A stretch of DNA of 64,000 nucleotides, from assembly GCF_964355755.1 (NCBI RefSeq), contig NC_092673.1, positions 22,441,648-22,505,647 of the forward strand. Reading direction: 5' to 3'. Below, one piece after another: positions 12,111 through 24,486 of the stretch (position 1 is its first letter; every line of letters starts with the position of its first letter). Both the position numbers and the translations under genes were made by a program. A model generated the notes under the pieces. That model worked only from the letters and a program-made list of their open reading frames with translations, was not told where the DNA came from and searched no databases. Source of the DNA: Antedon mediterranea (lineage: Eukaryota > Animalia > Echinodermata).

Positions 12111-14253
12111 ATCTTTAAAAAACCTGGCAATCATTATAATGCAATGCAATTATAATTTTGTTTTTGATCGAGATACAGAACAAAGAATGTTATTGTTATT
12201 GCTATATTGCAAGTACAGTACATTATGTTTAGTTTATTACTCTTTGTCTTTAAGTAGCTTCTAGGGTTGTTTTATTTGCTATGTTGTTACGATTATGTAC
12301 CAGGGAGTTAATTGGCCTAATTGTTTTATGTAATTTACTGGCTGCAGCACAGTATGTTTCTCAGTACTTTTTTGTTTTTTTTAAAATATGAATTAAATAT
12401 AAATGTTTGTTTATGATAAAGTCTCGTTCACATGTCTAACTGATCACGAGTCGAATAGCTGATCACAAGTTGATGGGATCGTAACTTACAGTACCATCAG
12501 TAGACCGGTTTATTTGTTTCTTCTACTACTATTTTTCATACTATAGTTTACTGTTGTCTGTTGTTACATGTTTACAGCATAAATCACTGTGGTTAAAGGT
12601 CCCTACTTTATTGTGTGGACCCCATGCTAGGGTTTATGACAAAATACCACTTGCATGATTTATGAGGGGAGGTATGACGTAAATGGGATTATGAGATTTT
12701 TATAGCTATTTTTTTGTTTTCATTTTAGTGTACAGTAGCCTGCAGTCAGCACCTTTTTAGTACATTTTATCCATTCATGGTTAATTTGTTTTTGAGATGA
12801 ATTTTATATTATACTTTTTTACCTCTTAGATACTGTACAGTAGTTGGTAAGCTTTAAAATTTGCGTTTCTATCCAATTTTTTAGCCTTTTTGTAGATTAC
12901 AAATATGGCAACGGTTATCCAGTATTACAGGCAAATGCTTTGAATTCATGTGCATCGTCGCATGCAGGTCTGATAGTTGGGGACCCCTCATGAAACATCA
13001 CAGAATCAAAATGAATTTGTCTTATTTATTACAATTTGCTAATGCAAACGATTTCCATCGAGCCATCTGAGTACAGTAGTCAAATGGATTAGACTATTGA
13101 CTTTGCATGTCGATGTACAATATGGGGTTCGAATCCCATTAGCAACTTCTTTCTTTAAAGTAAGAGAGATTATTTAGACTTATGTACGAAAAAAAAAATG
13201 TATTTGATAATTGTAGAATACTATTAGAAACGGCTACTACTGTAAAAATTAAATAGTGATAATTGTTATCATATTGTAAGATAAGAGTACATCTTTACTG
13301 TGTGTTCGCACAATAATACACACTAAAATACTATATGTTGACTTTACAACAATATGTGCTACTATATGATATTGATCTTTTTTTTTACAATGGTGCTTTC
13401 CTATTTAGGAAATTGCTGCTTAATGCGTAGGAAATATGGTTTTAATTTAAATTATTCATTCATTGTATGTACACTACTTTATCATCAACAATCATTCACC
13501 CATAAAATGAAATTAATTATCTTAACAATTAATGGGATTGAAGAACAAGAAACAGAATTTTTTCTATTAGCTTTCTTATAAATCATCATCATTATCATCA
13601 GTATCACCATTTCTAATTAAAGATGTAGTTTCTGGTTATTATTAGTAGGGGGCTTAAAAAGCTTTTCCCCAAATATTGTAAGGTTAAGGTACTTTAGATA
13701 GGAATATTTTAATAGTAATTTATTGAATAGTATAGTACTAAGTATTTTAATTTATTAAATAATAAATAATTATAATGTGCAATTGTATTTTGTAGACGCC
13801 CTTCTTCGTACTGTACATCCAATAACTAAAATGAGAAATCTTAAAATTACAAGAATATGATATTATTTAGTGCAAATAGGCTATACAAGTCTAACAATTT
13901 GGCCTGTGTGTATCTATGAAAATATATTTGATGATTACAATGATAATTGATATAGCAAATGATCTAATAAATACATACTGTACAAATGTATGCAACCATT
14001 ATGTTAAACCATACTGTACCTTTACTTTCACTTTCACAGTAACAGCTTAATGGCATGAAGGTCATTCATTGTATATTCAAGTATTACAGAATTGAAATTA
14101 TTATCAATCATTTAAACTTTTGTTTGTTTCCAGATTATGTGAATGCTAAAAATGGAGTGATGAATTTTTCCAACTACTATTAAACAGACAAAAATGACAA
14201 GTCATATACAACATAAGAGGAGAGGGGTGAAATAAGGCCACGCTGTATCCAAT

Positions 14254-15863
14254 ATGGCAGGGCTACATCACTACCCTCCAAATTACAATCTCAGAAGAGA
14301 CCAATCACTGGATGAATTTGAACAATTTGAAACCTTTTTGAAAATGCAATCGCAGAATTCAGAGGAGGGTAATTGGATGGAAACTCTACGAGAACAAGGA
14401 GTATTATGTGACGGAGAATTTGATGATGAAGATGAAGATAATAATCTTCCTTTGGATAGCCAAAGACATCTCCAGCTTAACACATCAGAAGAAGATGCTC
14501 TTGCCAAACAAGGTGTTCTTTTTAGCACCGATGATCTTACAACCGATGATCAAAGAGACATGTCTGAGAGGCAGTCAAACTTCCACAATAACCATAAATA
14601 TCATGGCAGGGATAAGTTTGAAGACAATAATGTTTTAGATGAATTCCTTCATAAAAGCACATCACCATATAGCATTGAACAAGAGGAGGAACCAGAGTTA
14701 AGTTATCTTGATGATGATGACTATGAAGGATCAATACCTTCTGATCAAACTGATAACCGGTTAGAGGACCAAAACTCAGAAGAATTTAATTCAGATTCTG
14801 AAAGAAAACATGATGATGGAGATGAAAATCATAAACGTATAATATTAAACCATCATAACACTTTAGCAAGAACTATACATGCTGGGGTATCACCACATCC
14901 AGACTCTTTCACAAGAGATAGTGACCCTATTCCATTCTCTAGAAGCCAATCCATTAGATCTTCCTTGCGATCACTTCATTCAGAAGAATCTGGATCTGTT
15001 GCACTTGACAAATATTTAGATCCACAGCTTGAAAGAACAATTCAAGAGGTTGCCTCACAAGTAGAAAGCTTTGCAAGTCCGCGGCATAGTTCCGCCGATG
15101 GTCATGCATACATGACTAGTGAAAATGAAATGGATACTACTGGACAAGTAACTTCTTATATGACAGAGGAAGTTAATGATGTAGAAGTCAATGACCCCTA
15201 TAGTTCACAAAGGATGCGACAGATGTGGAAGGAAGATTCAGCAGTGGAGAGCTATGGAAGTGACACAGGACCGGTCAGCGAATCAGCTAACATGAATCTT
15301 GGAAACTTTGTACCAAATGCAGTATTACGCAATCGGCCACCTAAGCCTTCTGCAATCAAGTTAAAGAAAAAAGTTCCAAATAATCATTCTCTTGCACAAC
15401 CTATTAAAGCATTTACTGTGAAACCTGAAGAAGCCAGCAATAATGGTGCTGATGAAGTCTCTGAACGTAAACAAAAGATCGTTGAAGAAGAGGAATTTAT
15501 GTCATCAAATGGCCACAAGAAAAAGAGCCCCAGGATAATCTCACTTTCTACGCTGAGCATTGACTCAAATTTACCAGCTGATGAACTAGTTCACCAATTA
15601 AAACATGAGAAATCTAGCCGTAAGCAAAATGATGAACTTGTAGATCGCTTACAACAGGATTATGATGACCTACTACAGAAGTATGCTCTTGCTGAGGTTA
15701 CTATCGATCAACTGCGATTAGGAGCTAAAATAAATCTGTATTCTGATCCAGAAACTCCCAGAACAAAAAGTAGGAACACCACACCCAGAGCTAATCACCA
15801 ACAAACTATTCATCTACCACAACCCCAAAGAGCTGCTGCTCTCAGTACTGATGCCTCACAAAA
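14254..15863 (+). CDS. AKNA: AKNA-like coding exon 1
   Basis: Acceptor at 14133, in-frame ATG at 14254, donor AA|gtaagt. Confidence 0.88.
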
Positions 15864-18800
15864 GTAAGTTGTGTTTTTGAAATATATTTGTTAATTGACA
15901 TTTTGTATTTTATATTAATAAGTATGGTACTGTAATAGTACAGTAGTATTTTTATTGAATAAAATCACATATTTTTAGAAATAAGATATTTATTTTTAAA
16001 AGTAAAAAAGAAACAATTTTGTAAAGAAAATTCAATAAAATTACTTCAATAGTATTAGTAGAAGATCAGAAAATAATCACATGCTATCACCGTATGAAAC
16101 TCCACCACCAAATCTACTTTCTGGGCATGCATCGGAGGAAACAGAGAGGTCAGCTCCAGATGATGTAAACAAAAGGAAAAGATTGATGTCTGAAAATGCA
16201 ATTGGAAGGGTACAAGGTGCGTCAAGTTCACAGCAAGAGGATACTTCATCATTCCCTGAGTTTACAGGGTCAGAGGGCATAGTTATTGGTTTACAGTTCC
16301 AAACAAATGGGCTCAGAGAACAGGTGAGTAATATTTACTTACAGTATTGTATTGTGAAAAAATTTTGATATGCCGATATGACATCATGTCACTACCATAT
16401 TTGGGCATATCACACTTTTTTTGTCAAACTAGTTTGATTGAGGATCATTTCCAGCATCGGATGGATCCAAGGAGGTAGCACTAGGGGCGCACATTCCCCT
16501 TGTTAGATAATAATAAAATGATGAACTCTTTCTGCGCTCCAGGTAATTATTTTTGGGTTGCAAATAGGTAGAAGTATTTGAGTCTCAACTATCCAACAAT
16601 GAGCTTCAACCTTCCGAGCAAGATCAAATATTGAGCAAGTTACGTGGTGATCATGAAAGACTTGAACAAGACTACATGCAAGCAAAGGAAGAGCACCAAG
16701 CTAGATGCCGCAGAGAAGGTAACTTGAGCAACGAAAAGTTTGATCCAGATAGAGAACTAGAGGGTGAAGTCTTCCAACTAGGGATGAAGCTTGATGATAT
16801 TAATGAGACAGTGGAGGAAAACTTGCGCAATCAAAGACCAGAAACACCGCCAACAAGACGAGATTTTATACCTGAACACAGCATAGAAGATGAGATTGAG
16901 AGACGGAGACAAAACATGGACCAGGAATATAATTCCTTAATGGACAGGTATATTACCATGCACTTTTAGAGTTTTTTTTTTTTACAAGGAATGGGTTAAA
17001 TTCATTAATTTCTCTTTATTTCAGACTTCATATTCACCATAGAATTAAACAGTATAAAAAACAAGTTACTAAAAAAAGTTTACATTTAGGTTGACTTTGT
17101 TTTAAAAACAAAAGCTCATTCCATTTTTTCTGAAGTTTCGATTCACCAAAATTGATTGTTGAAATAAGTTTTATTTAAAAACCAACTCCATCTCGGCTAT
17201 ATATGTCCATCCATTGAACATGAAAGTTTGAGTGTAGTATTTTGAGCAAAGACCAACTTTTTAATCACATCACATGTGACACACTGCAATTATAGTTACA
17301 ATTGTCATATATTCATGTTTAATATTTGTTTTACCAACAGTATGATTTTAATGATTTGAAAAAACCCTCCATATTTCATGGCCCACTTTCACTACCAAAG
17401 TATGTTAATTATATAAATCTATTTTTTCTTTTTCAGATATGACCAGTTAAAAAAATCCACATATTTTCCCAATAGAGACCAAGAGGTAGAAGAGCTTGTT
17501 TTGGTAATATTTTTATTTCTCTCTCATTTCATTTCATAACTATCCATTTGTTTACTCTAAAGCTCTGTCTACACTATAAAACTTTATGTGACAAAAAAAT
17601 ATGGACATGATGATGTCATATCACTATCATATTTGTACATACATCTACCATATTTGGGTACATCACACTTTTTTTGTTGAACTAGTTTGATAGTGTAGAC
17701 AGAGATTTAGACATAAACACTTCGTCTGTGGGACATAAACACTGAGTCTGTGTTAATGTACAGTGATACAGTTTGTGAGAGGCAAACACAGAACAACGAG
17801 GAATGATACCAAATGCCTGCAAAAATGATTGAAAAATTCATTTACGTAATAAATTTACTGTGAAACATAAAAACCAGCAGTTAATTCTAAAAACCAGTCA
17901 AATGAAAAAATATATTTTTAGCATTTTAAAAGGATAAGAATTTGGTATTAAAGAGACCCCATATTACATAAAAAAGAATTGGTTTTAATAATAGTACAAA
18001 TTTCAGAAAAAGAAAAAAAAAATGAGTGGGGGGTGGGGGGGGGGGGGGGAAGACCATATTTACAAAATAAAAATGTGTAAAGTAAATTGTTTACAAAAGA
18101 GGATTTCTTTTCTTTTCTTTCAGAAACTAGAAAACTTGCATCATCAAGACCCATCAAGATATCCACTGAAGCCACAAGTTGGTGAGAAGACATCAACTAT
18201 ACCAGGGCAGTTTTTAAGTGCTTCCCACCAAGGTGTGACCAGCCCAGCCTCATCAAACAAAGGTGACATCTCTTTTTCATCTACTCCAGGAAAAACACCA
18301 GACTCTTCCAAAGTAACTCCAAAAAAGGGTATGTACTATGTATTTGTCAAATTTCACAAATAATATAGTTTAAAAATACTGATATATGTAAAGAAATCTG
18401 GCATCAGATACATACAATATTGCAGGGATTTTCCAGACAGAGAAAGGTTATTTTCTGTAGTCTTAAAAACAAAAATGTGTTTATTAATATTTACTAACTT
18501 TTCTTTTTGTCAGGTTCTTCAGCAACTAAGATTCCACGTTGGAACTCTAATATGAACCATGAGGGCAGTATATCAGAATCTACTGCATCTCCTGATACTG
18601 TTCGTAGAAATATTACAAATGAGGTACACCAACATGTTTCTATTTATTTCATGATATTTATATGGTAACAACAATGTTTCCGTAATTTTATTAATAATAA
18701 GTAATTTTTATTCTGGTATTTATACTAAAAAATACCCAGTGATATTGCTTATAACAATTTTTAAAATGGTAAATGAGAATGTTTGTTTGTGACATCAACA

Positions 18801-21800
18801 CAAGGAATCTTTCATATCTGTAAAAATCCTCTTATTGAATTAAATTGAGTTTTACTAAAAAAAAATCTAGTTTGACAAAAACAGCATTTTCTAATCTATC
18901 AGTTTCATAAAAATGGTCCAGGAAAATCAGTATTGCCACGACCACGAAGTCAAGACTCGCAAGAGACAGGATCACGTCAGAAGTCACCAGAGTTGGACAG
19001 AGATAGTGGATTTATGGGATCTGAGAGCAGCAGACAATCTCAACTAACTAATCATTCTGGGTTAGTTTCATATTGAAGTCAATATAATGTTCTCCAAATT
19101 CAACTAATACAAAACATCCATAATTTGTCTTTGTCAAACCTACTGTCTTAAGCTCTGTCTACACTATCAAACTAGTATGACATTAAAAGTGTGATGTGCC
19201 CAAATATGTTAGTGATATGATGTCATCGTGTCTATATATGGGCACATCACATTTTTTTTGTCACATAAGGTTTGATAGTGTAGACAGTATCAACTGCTTC
19301 CATCTTCAATGTCAAAGACTAGTTATGAGGCAAGGCCATTTCAGATTTTGGTAGTAGTAGGTATTATGACAGTTATAGACTGTGCACACTACAGCTTGGT
19401 TTTCAACATACACAAAACGTGTACAATATGTGCAATACAACTATTAAATCGAACTGTTTACTGTGCATTCAAACTAATACTGAATGGCACATGATACAAT
19501 TTTAACCAATCAGATAGTATAGGATACATGCAGCTGTGTTATAATATGCTATGTATGTTCGTTGCTGTTAGATGAGCATCTGACTAGAGCGTACATTACC
19601 TACTATTCTTCGTTTACAGAGTTGGAATAGTAACCCTAAACGGTCCAGGAAAAACCGGAGTCCTTCAACCTGAAAGTGAAACTACACTTCCAACACGAAC
19701 CAGGAGGTTGAGTTTTCAGCGTCAGCCAAGCTACGACAGCTACGATGGTCCGATGAATCTCCATTTTGAAAGTGATGCAGAAGATGAGTCAGTCCAGTCA
19801 GAACAAACTACAGTGCGATACCAACCACCACAGCGTGATCACAGAAAAACAGCTCCTAATAATGGTATGATCCTCACTCACAGTTCTAATGTTTTGTTTA
19901 TATATTTTTATTTTTCAGTTTATACAGTAATTGATTATTTTGAATATGTCTAAATACCCATTTGGCTCCAGTACTAGACCGATGTTCGTTAACTAAATGC
20001 AATGCAACGCATTTTCACCTTTAGTGAATATATCACGCTTAGAAAGCACCTGACATACCTAGATACTATACTACTATGCTGATGCCTAAGAATTGTTTGA
20101 AAAAGCACCTATATTTGAATTTACTTATAAAATCATAGCTAGCACCCTCTATGGTTTGGTCTTGATAATTCATTTGGGACCTCTGATATTCTATACCACT
20201 GCATTTTACAATGTTTGTAAGTTTATTTGTTTGAAATTATTATTACAGTATACCCATATCTATTTAAATATCTGTTTTTAGGACACATCAGTGCAATACC
20301 TAGCCAACCCCAGAAACACCAAAAACAGCAGAAAGATACAACCTATCAAGATTATCTGACCCCACAACCCTCTGATTGTTTGCCACATTCAACAAGCCCT
20401 TCATATGCAACTGTAAATAAAACAAAGGTAGTACCTGATACCAGACACACACAGCCTGAAAGACTGAAAGCAAGATATCGTAGAGACAATGATTCACATT
20501 CAGGAACCTCTCCAGTCATTCACAATGGATTTCATAACGATAGTGTATATCCAACTAGACTTATAAAATCGGATGTAGAACATCTACCCCAGGAAGACTC
20601 AATATCTAATGCCACAAGGAGCAGTGTGAAGAGTTCAAAATTGAAAGCTCTTCAAGAAGAAATTGATCAACTAAAAGACAGGTTATCAGAGAATGCTCAT
20701 TCCAGGGGTCATGACAGAAGAACTCATATGACACCACAGCATCCTAAAGAGTTCTCTCGGAGAAGAACGAAAGTTCTAAGCGATAGTGCGTCAGATACAT
20801 CAAGTATAAAGAGTGAAGTTTTGCATTCGCTTCAAAATGAGGTTAGGGAATTAAAGAGCAAACTAGCTGTACAAGAAAATGCTCCTCAGGATCATGGTTG
20901 GCCTTCCAGTGGAAATGATTTTAGAATGACTCTTAGGGAAAAATACATTCCAAACTTGACTTCCAGAGATGATGGAAGCATGGGAAGGGTAAGCAAACCT
21001 AACAATAAAAGAACAAGGTCAGGCAGCAGTGATGTAGGGGACATCTTTACAAGCATGTCTGACTCAAGGAGATCTCCATTAAGAGTTAATAGAGGAAATG
21101 TTGCCAGAACAAGAGAACCAAATACCAGTGTCTGTACATTTTGTCAAGGTTCTGGTGTCTGTTCACATGATGATCAAACATTCCAACCTTCTCAAAATGA
21201 ATATTACCCACAGTCACCACAAAGACACCAATCCAATAGCTATTCATTGGGTACCCACAGAAGACGAGCACGAGGTAGCGCTGTTTCAAACCCACAACAT
21301 ACTGCAAGTTTTACAGTGCAACCTTCTCAGCAGAGTTATTCCCCACAACCTCAGTACATGAGCACCCCAGTTGCTCATACAGACCCTCAGTACATGAGCA
21401 CCCCATTAGTTCATACAGCCCCTCAGTTTATGAGCACCCCAGTTGCGCAAACAACACCACAATTTATGACAACTCCGGTTACCCCAGTGGCTCACAGTCC
21501 TTCACAACAATATGCACCCCAATATATTAGTACTCCTTTTCAGCAAACATATACACCCCCTCCACAAAATTACAGCTCACCACAACAGCGGATGACGGTT
21601 AGAGAGTACATACCAACACCAGTGCATGCACTACCAACAAAGACAGATGCAAGATTTTATGCAAGAGGACAGGAAAAGAGAAGTCGCAGTCATACATCCA
21701 GTGAAGAAGAAGAGTTTTATTACAGAAGGTAATCATCAACTATTCATTTTTCTAATCACTTTAAAATGTAAAAGTAAGTCAACAGTCAAATCTACAGAAT

Positions 21801-22208
21801 GTATATTTATATTGTGTGTATCTTTGATAATTGTACATTTTCTTCTCTGTAGGTCTCCTCATTCAAAATCAAGAAATCCAAAAAGCAGTTATGTGAAGAG
21901 AGACTATGCAAAAGTAAGAATAATTGTCCACACACCAATATTTAAGACTTGATATCTGAACATCATCAGTATTAGCATTAACTAACATAATGATGATGTC
22001 ATCATTTTAGAAACTTGTGATTTAAGTTAATTTATTTGCATCTGTAAATCTCTCTCTAAATATACAGATATCCAGTTTAAAGTCTGATGCCAATTTGGAG
22101 GCGGCTATCAGAGTTGCTCAACATTTAAAGTCAACGTCAAAACGAATGCTCTCCAGTGTACAGCATGATCTTAACAATTCTCTGAGTTTACGCGACATCT
22201 TGGCGTAA
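14254..22208 (+). CDS. AKNA: AKNA/AKNAD1-like centrosomal microtubule-organising protein, about 1564 aa; exons 14254-15863, 16053-16323, 16568-16947, 17437-17503, 18124-18328, 18514-18623, 18903-19060, 19620-19864, 20282-21728, 21853-21913, 22068-22208
   Basis: AKNA-domain coiled coil (LVDRLQQDYDDLLQKYALAEVTIDQLRLGAKINLYSDP), FDPDRELEGEVFQLGMKL, DSGFMGSESSR and C-terminal helix (LEAAIRVAQHLKSTSKRMLSSVQHDL), all resembling vertebrate AKNA. All 10 introns are GT-AG and phase-consistent; total 4695 nt. Confidence 0.85.
16053..16323 (+). CDS. AKNA: AKNA-like coding exon 2
   Basis: tag|T ATT...CAG|gtgagt. Confidence 0.8.
16568..16947 (+). CDS. AKNA: AKNA-like coding exon 3
   Basis: tag|GTA GAA...GAC AG|gtatat; contains FDPDRELEGEVF. 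Confidence 0.85.
17437..17503 (+). CDS. AKNA: AKNA-like coding exon 4
   Basis: tttcag|A TAT GAC...TTG|gtaata. Confidence 0.75.
17561..17706. mobile_element. Harbinger-type MITE family A copy
   Basis: Same TIRs. Confidence 0.75.
18124..18328 (+). CDS. AKNA: AKNA-like coding exon 5
   Basis: tttcag|AAA CTA...AAG G|gtatgt. Confidence 0.8.
18514..18623 (+). CDS. AKNA: AKNA-like coding exon 6
   Basis: gtcag|GT TCT...GAG|gtacac. Confidence 0.75.
18903..19060 (+). CDS. AKNA: AKNA-like coding exon 7
   Basis: cag|TTT CAT...TCT GG|gttagt; contains DRDSGFMGSESSR. Confidence 0.8.
19151..19287. mobile_element. Harbinger-type MITE family A copy
   Basis: Same TIRs. Confidence 0.75.
19620..19864 (+). CDS. 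AKNA: AKNA-like coding exon 8
   Basis: tacag|A GTT...AAT G|gtatga. Confidence 0.78.
20282..21728 (+). CDS. AKNA: AKNA-like coding exon 9
   Basis: tttag|GA CAC...AGA AG|gtaatc; two short coiled coils, CxxC and STP repeats. Confidence 0.85.
21853..21913 (+). CDS. AKNA: AKNA-like coding exon 10
   Basis: gtag|G TCT...AAA|gtaaga. Confidence 0.75.
22068..22208 (+). CDS. AKNA: AKNA-like last coding exon
   Basis: cag|ATA TCC...GCG TAA; AKNA-like C-terminal helix. Confidence 0.82.
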   Translation: MSSLKSDANLEAAIRVAQHLKSTSKRMLSSVQHDLNNSLSLRDILA

Positions 22209-23556
22209 TGATATTCTTCCAAACAGATGTTTTCCAGTGTCTGCTGTGACCTTTAACCTTGTACTATTCAAGACATTCTGGTTTGTATTAGGACATAATT
22301 CCAGGTTTACAGTACATGCTGATTTATCTTTTTAAAAAACAACAGAGGTAAAACTAGGTTTTTAATAGTGATTATACTGTAGATATATTTTTAAAATATA
22401 TTTTTTATTGTTACTGTACTGAAGGGGCTCAGTTATTTGCATCTACCCCTTGACTATTGGCTGATTGTACAATTTTGAAAAGGCTGATTTTTTTGTATTT
22501 GTGTGTACATCTTCCACACAGCATTAAGAGTTACTGAATTTAGTATAAAAATGTCCAAATGATTGCCACAGTAAAAAGATCTGTATAAAAATATGCAAGA
22601 ATTAAGGTTTGTGTTATACAATTCCATTGAGCATTATTTTGCAGTACAGTATTAAAGATCTCAAATGATTGTTATATGACCGACTTAAAAGTTTTAAAGC
22701 TGAATTAATTTCAAGGCTGAATTTCACATGTAAATTATTTTAACAGCTAAATTCTTTGATGACTAAATTAGCTGAATTATTTTAAGGCTAAATTAATTTT
22801 AAACTGAAATATTTTAAGGCTAAATTAATGTTAAGGCTGAACATTTTAAAGGCATAATTTATTTTATAACTAAATAAATTTAAAGCATACAGTATAACAG
22901 GCTGAATTTTAGAGGAAAATTTTATTATAAATTGAATGACTATGTATTTTTTGTAAGAAATGAAATTTTTATAATTTATATGACACTTCTGTGAGATGAG
23001 GAAGGAGTATGTTTTAACAACCAACCCCTATTCAAGGGACATCCCTATTAAGGGACACTCTTTACTCCCAATGGTGTCTGTATACAGTAATACTGTAAAT
23101 GATGTCATTTTAAAGGTGCTAATTTGACTCCTTCCATAATAATAGTATTATTATTCCACATGTTCGATAATCTCCAGTAATCATAACTTTTCATCACTAT
23201 CCAAGTTCAATAGTCCAATTGTTGAACCAGTGCTTGAGTTTACCACTTGTGTGTTATTCCGGGAGTTCTACGACTGTGTTGTTTTAAAGAACAAAATCAC
23301 TATTCCTGAGTTTTGTTTTTATCCAATAATCAATAGTGATCAGTTTTACTAGTCCAATTTATGCACTGTTACTAATTTCTCAATGATCTGGTAACCCAAA
23401 GGTTCACTTGTGCAATGATCCACCATCCTCAGAGGCAATACAGCCAGCATTAATGTAACCCTGCCCGAGTTCAGTTTGTAGCCCAATTGTTACTCTACGT
23501 CTGGTTACAGTAAACTAGACTAAACTAAATCAACTAGCCCTGATTTACACAGTCTA

Positions 23557-24486
23557 ATGAACTTGTAGTCCCATGATTGAGCTTGTAGTCCCATAAACTG
23601 GTAGTCCCATAAACTGGTAGTCCCATAAACTAGTAGTACCATGGACTAGTAGTCCCATGAACTTGTAGCCCCATGAGCTTGTAGTCCCATGAACTGGTAG
23701 TCCCATGAACTAGTAGTCCCATGGACTAGTAGTCCCATGAACTGGTAGTCCCATGAACTGGTAGTCCCATGAGCTTATAGTCCCAAGAACTGGTAGTCCC
23801 ATGAACTAGTAGTACCATGGACTAGTAGTCCCATGAACTTGTAGCCCCATGAACTGGTAGTCCCATGAACTAGTAGTACCATGGACTAGTAGTCCCATGA
23901 ACTTGTAGCCCCATGAACTGGTAGTCCCATGAACTAGTAGTACCATGGACTAGTAGTCCCATGAACTTGTAGCCCCATGAACTTGTAGTCCCATAAACTG
24001 GTAGTCCCATGAACTTGTAGTCCCATGAACTTGTAGCCCCATGAGCTTGTAGTCCCATGAACTTGTAGTCCCATGAACTGGTAGTCCCATGAGCTTGTAG
24101 TCCCATGAACTTGTAGTCCCATGAACTGGTAGTCCCATGAGCTTGTAGTCCCATGAACTGGTAGTCCTATGAGCTTGTAGTCCCATGAACTTGTAGTCCC
24201 ATGAACTTGTAGCCCCATGAGCTTGTAGTCCCATGAACTGGTAGTCCCATGAACTGGTAGTCCCATGAGCTTGTAGTCCCATGAACTTGTAGTCCCATGA
24301 ACTGGTAGTCCCATGAGCTTGTAGTCCCATGAACTTGTAGTCCCATGAACTGGTAGTCCCATGAACTGGTAGTCCCATGAGCTTGTAGTCCCATGAACTG
24401 GTAGTCCTATGAGCTTGTATTCCCATGAACTTGTAGTCCAATGAACTAGTAGTTCAATGAACTCCAATGAACTGGTAGTCCCATGC
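23557..24486. repeat. 16-bp minisatellite (GTAGTCCCATGAACT[T/G/A]), about 57 copies with variant higher-order blocks
   Basis: Directly visible; explains the repetitive - strand ORFs. Confidence 0.95.

Noticed and set aside
13060-13146. tRNA-like sequence with B-box ggttcgaatccc
   Set aside because: Degenerate stems; likely a SINE or tRNA pseudogene remnant
23870-24467. Repetitive - strand ORFs (HGTTSSWDY...) and a superficially CRISPR-like array
   Set aside because: Contiguous 16-bp tandem repeat with no unique spacers or cas genes, in eukaryotic context
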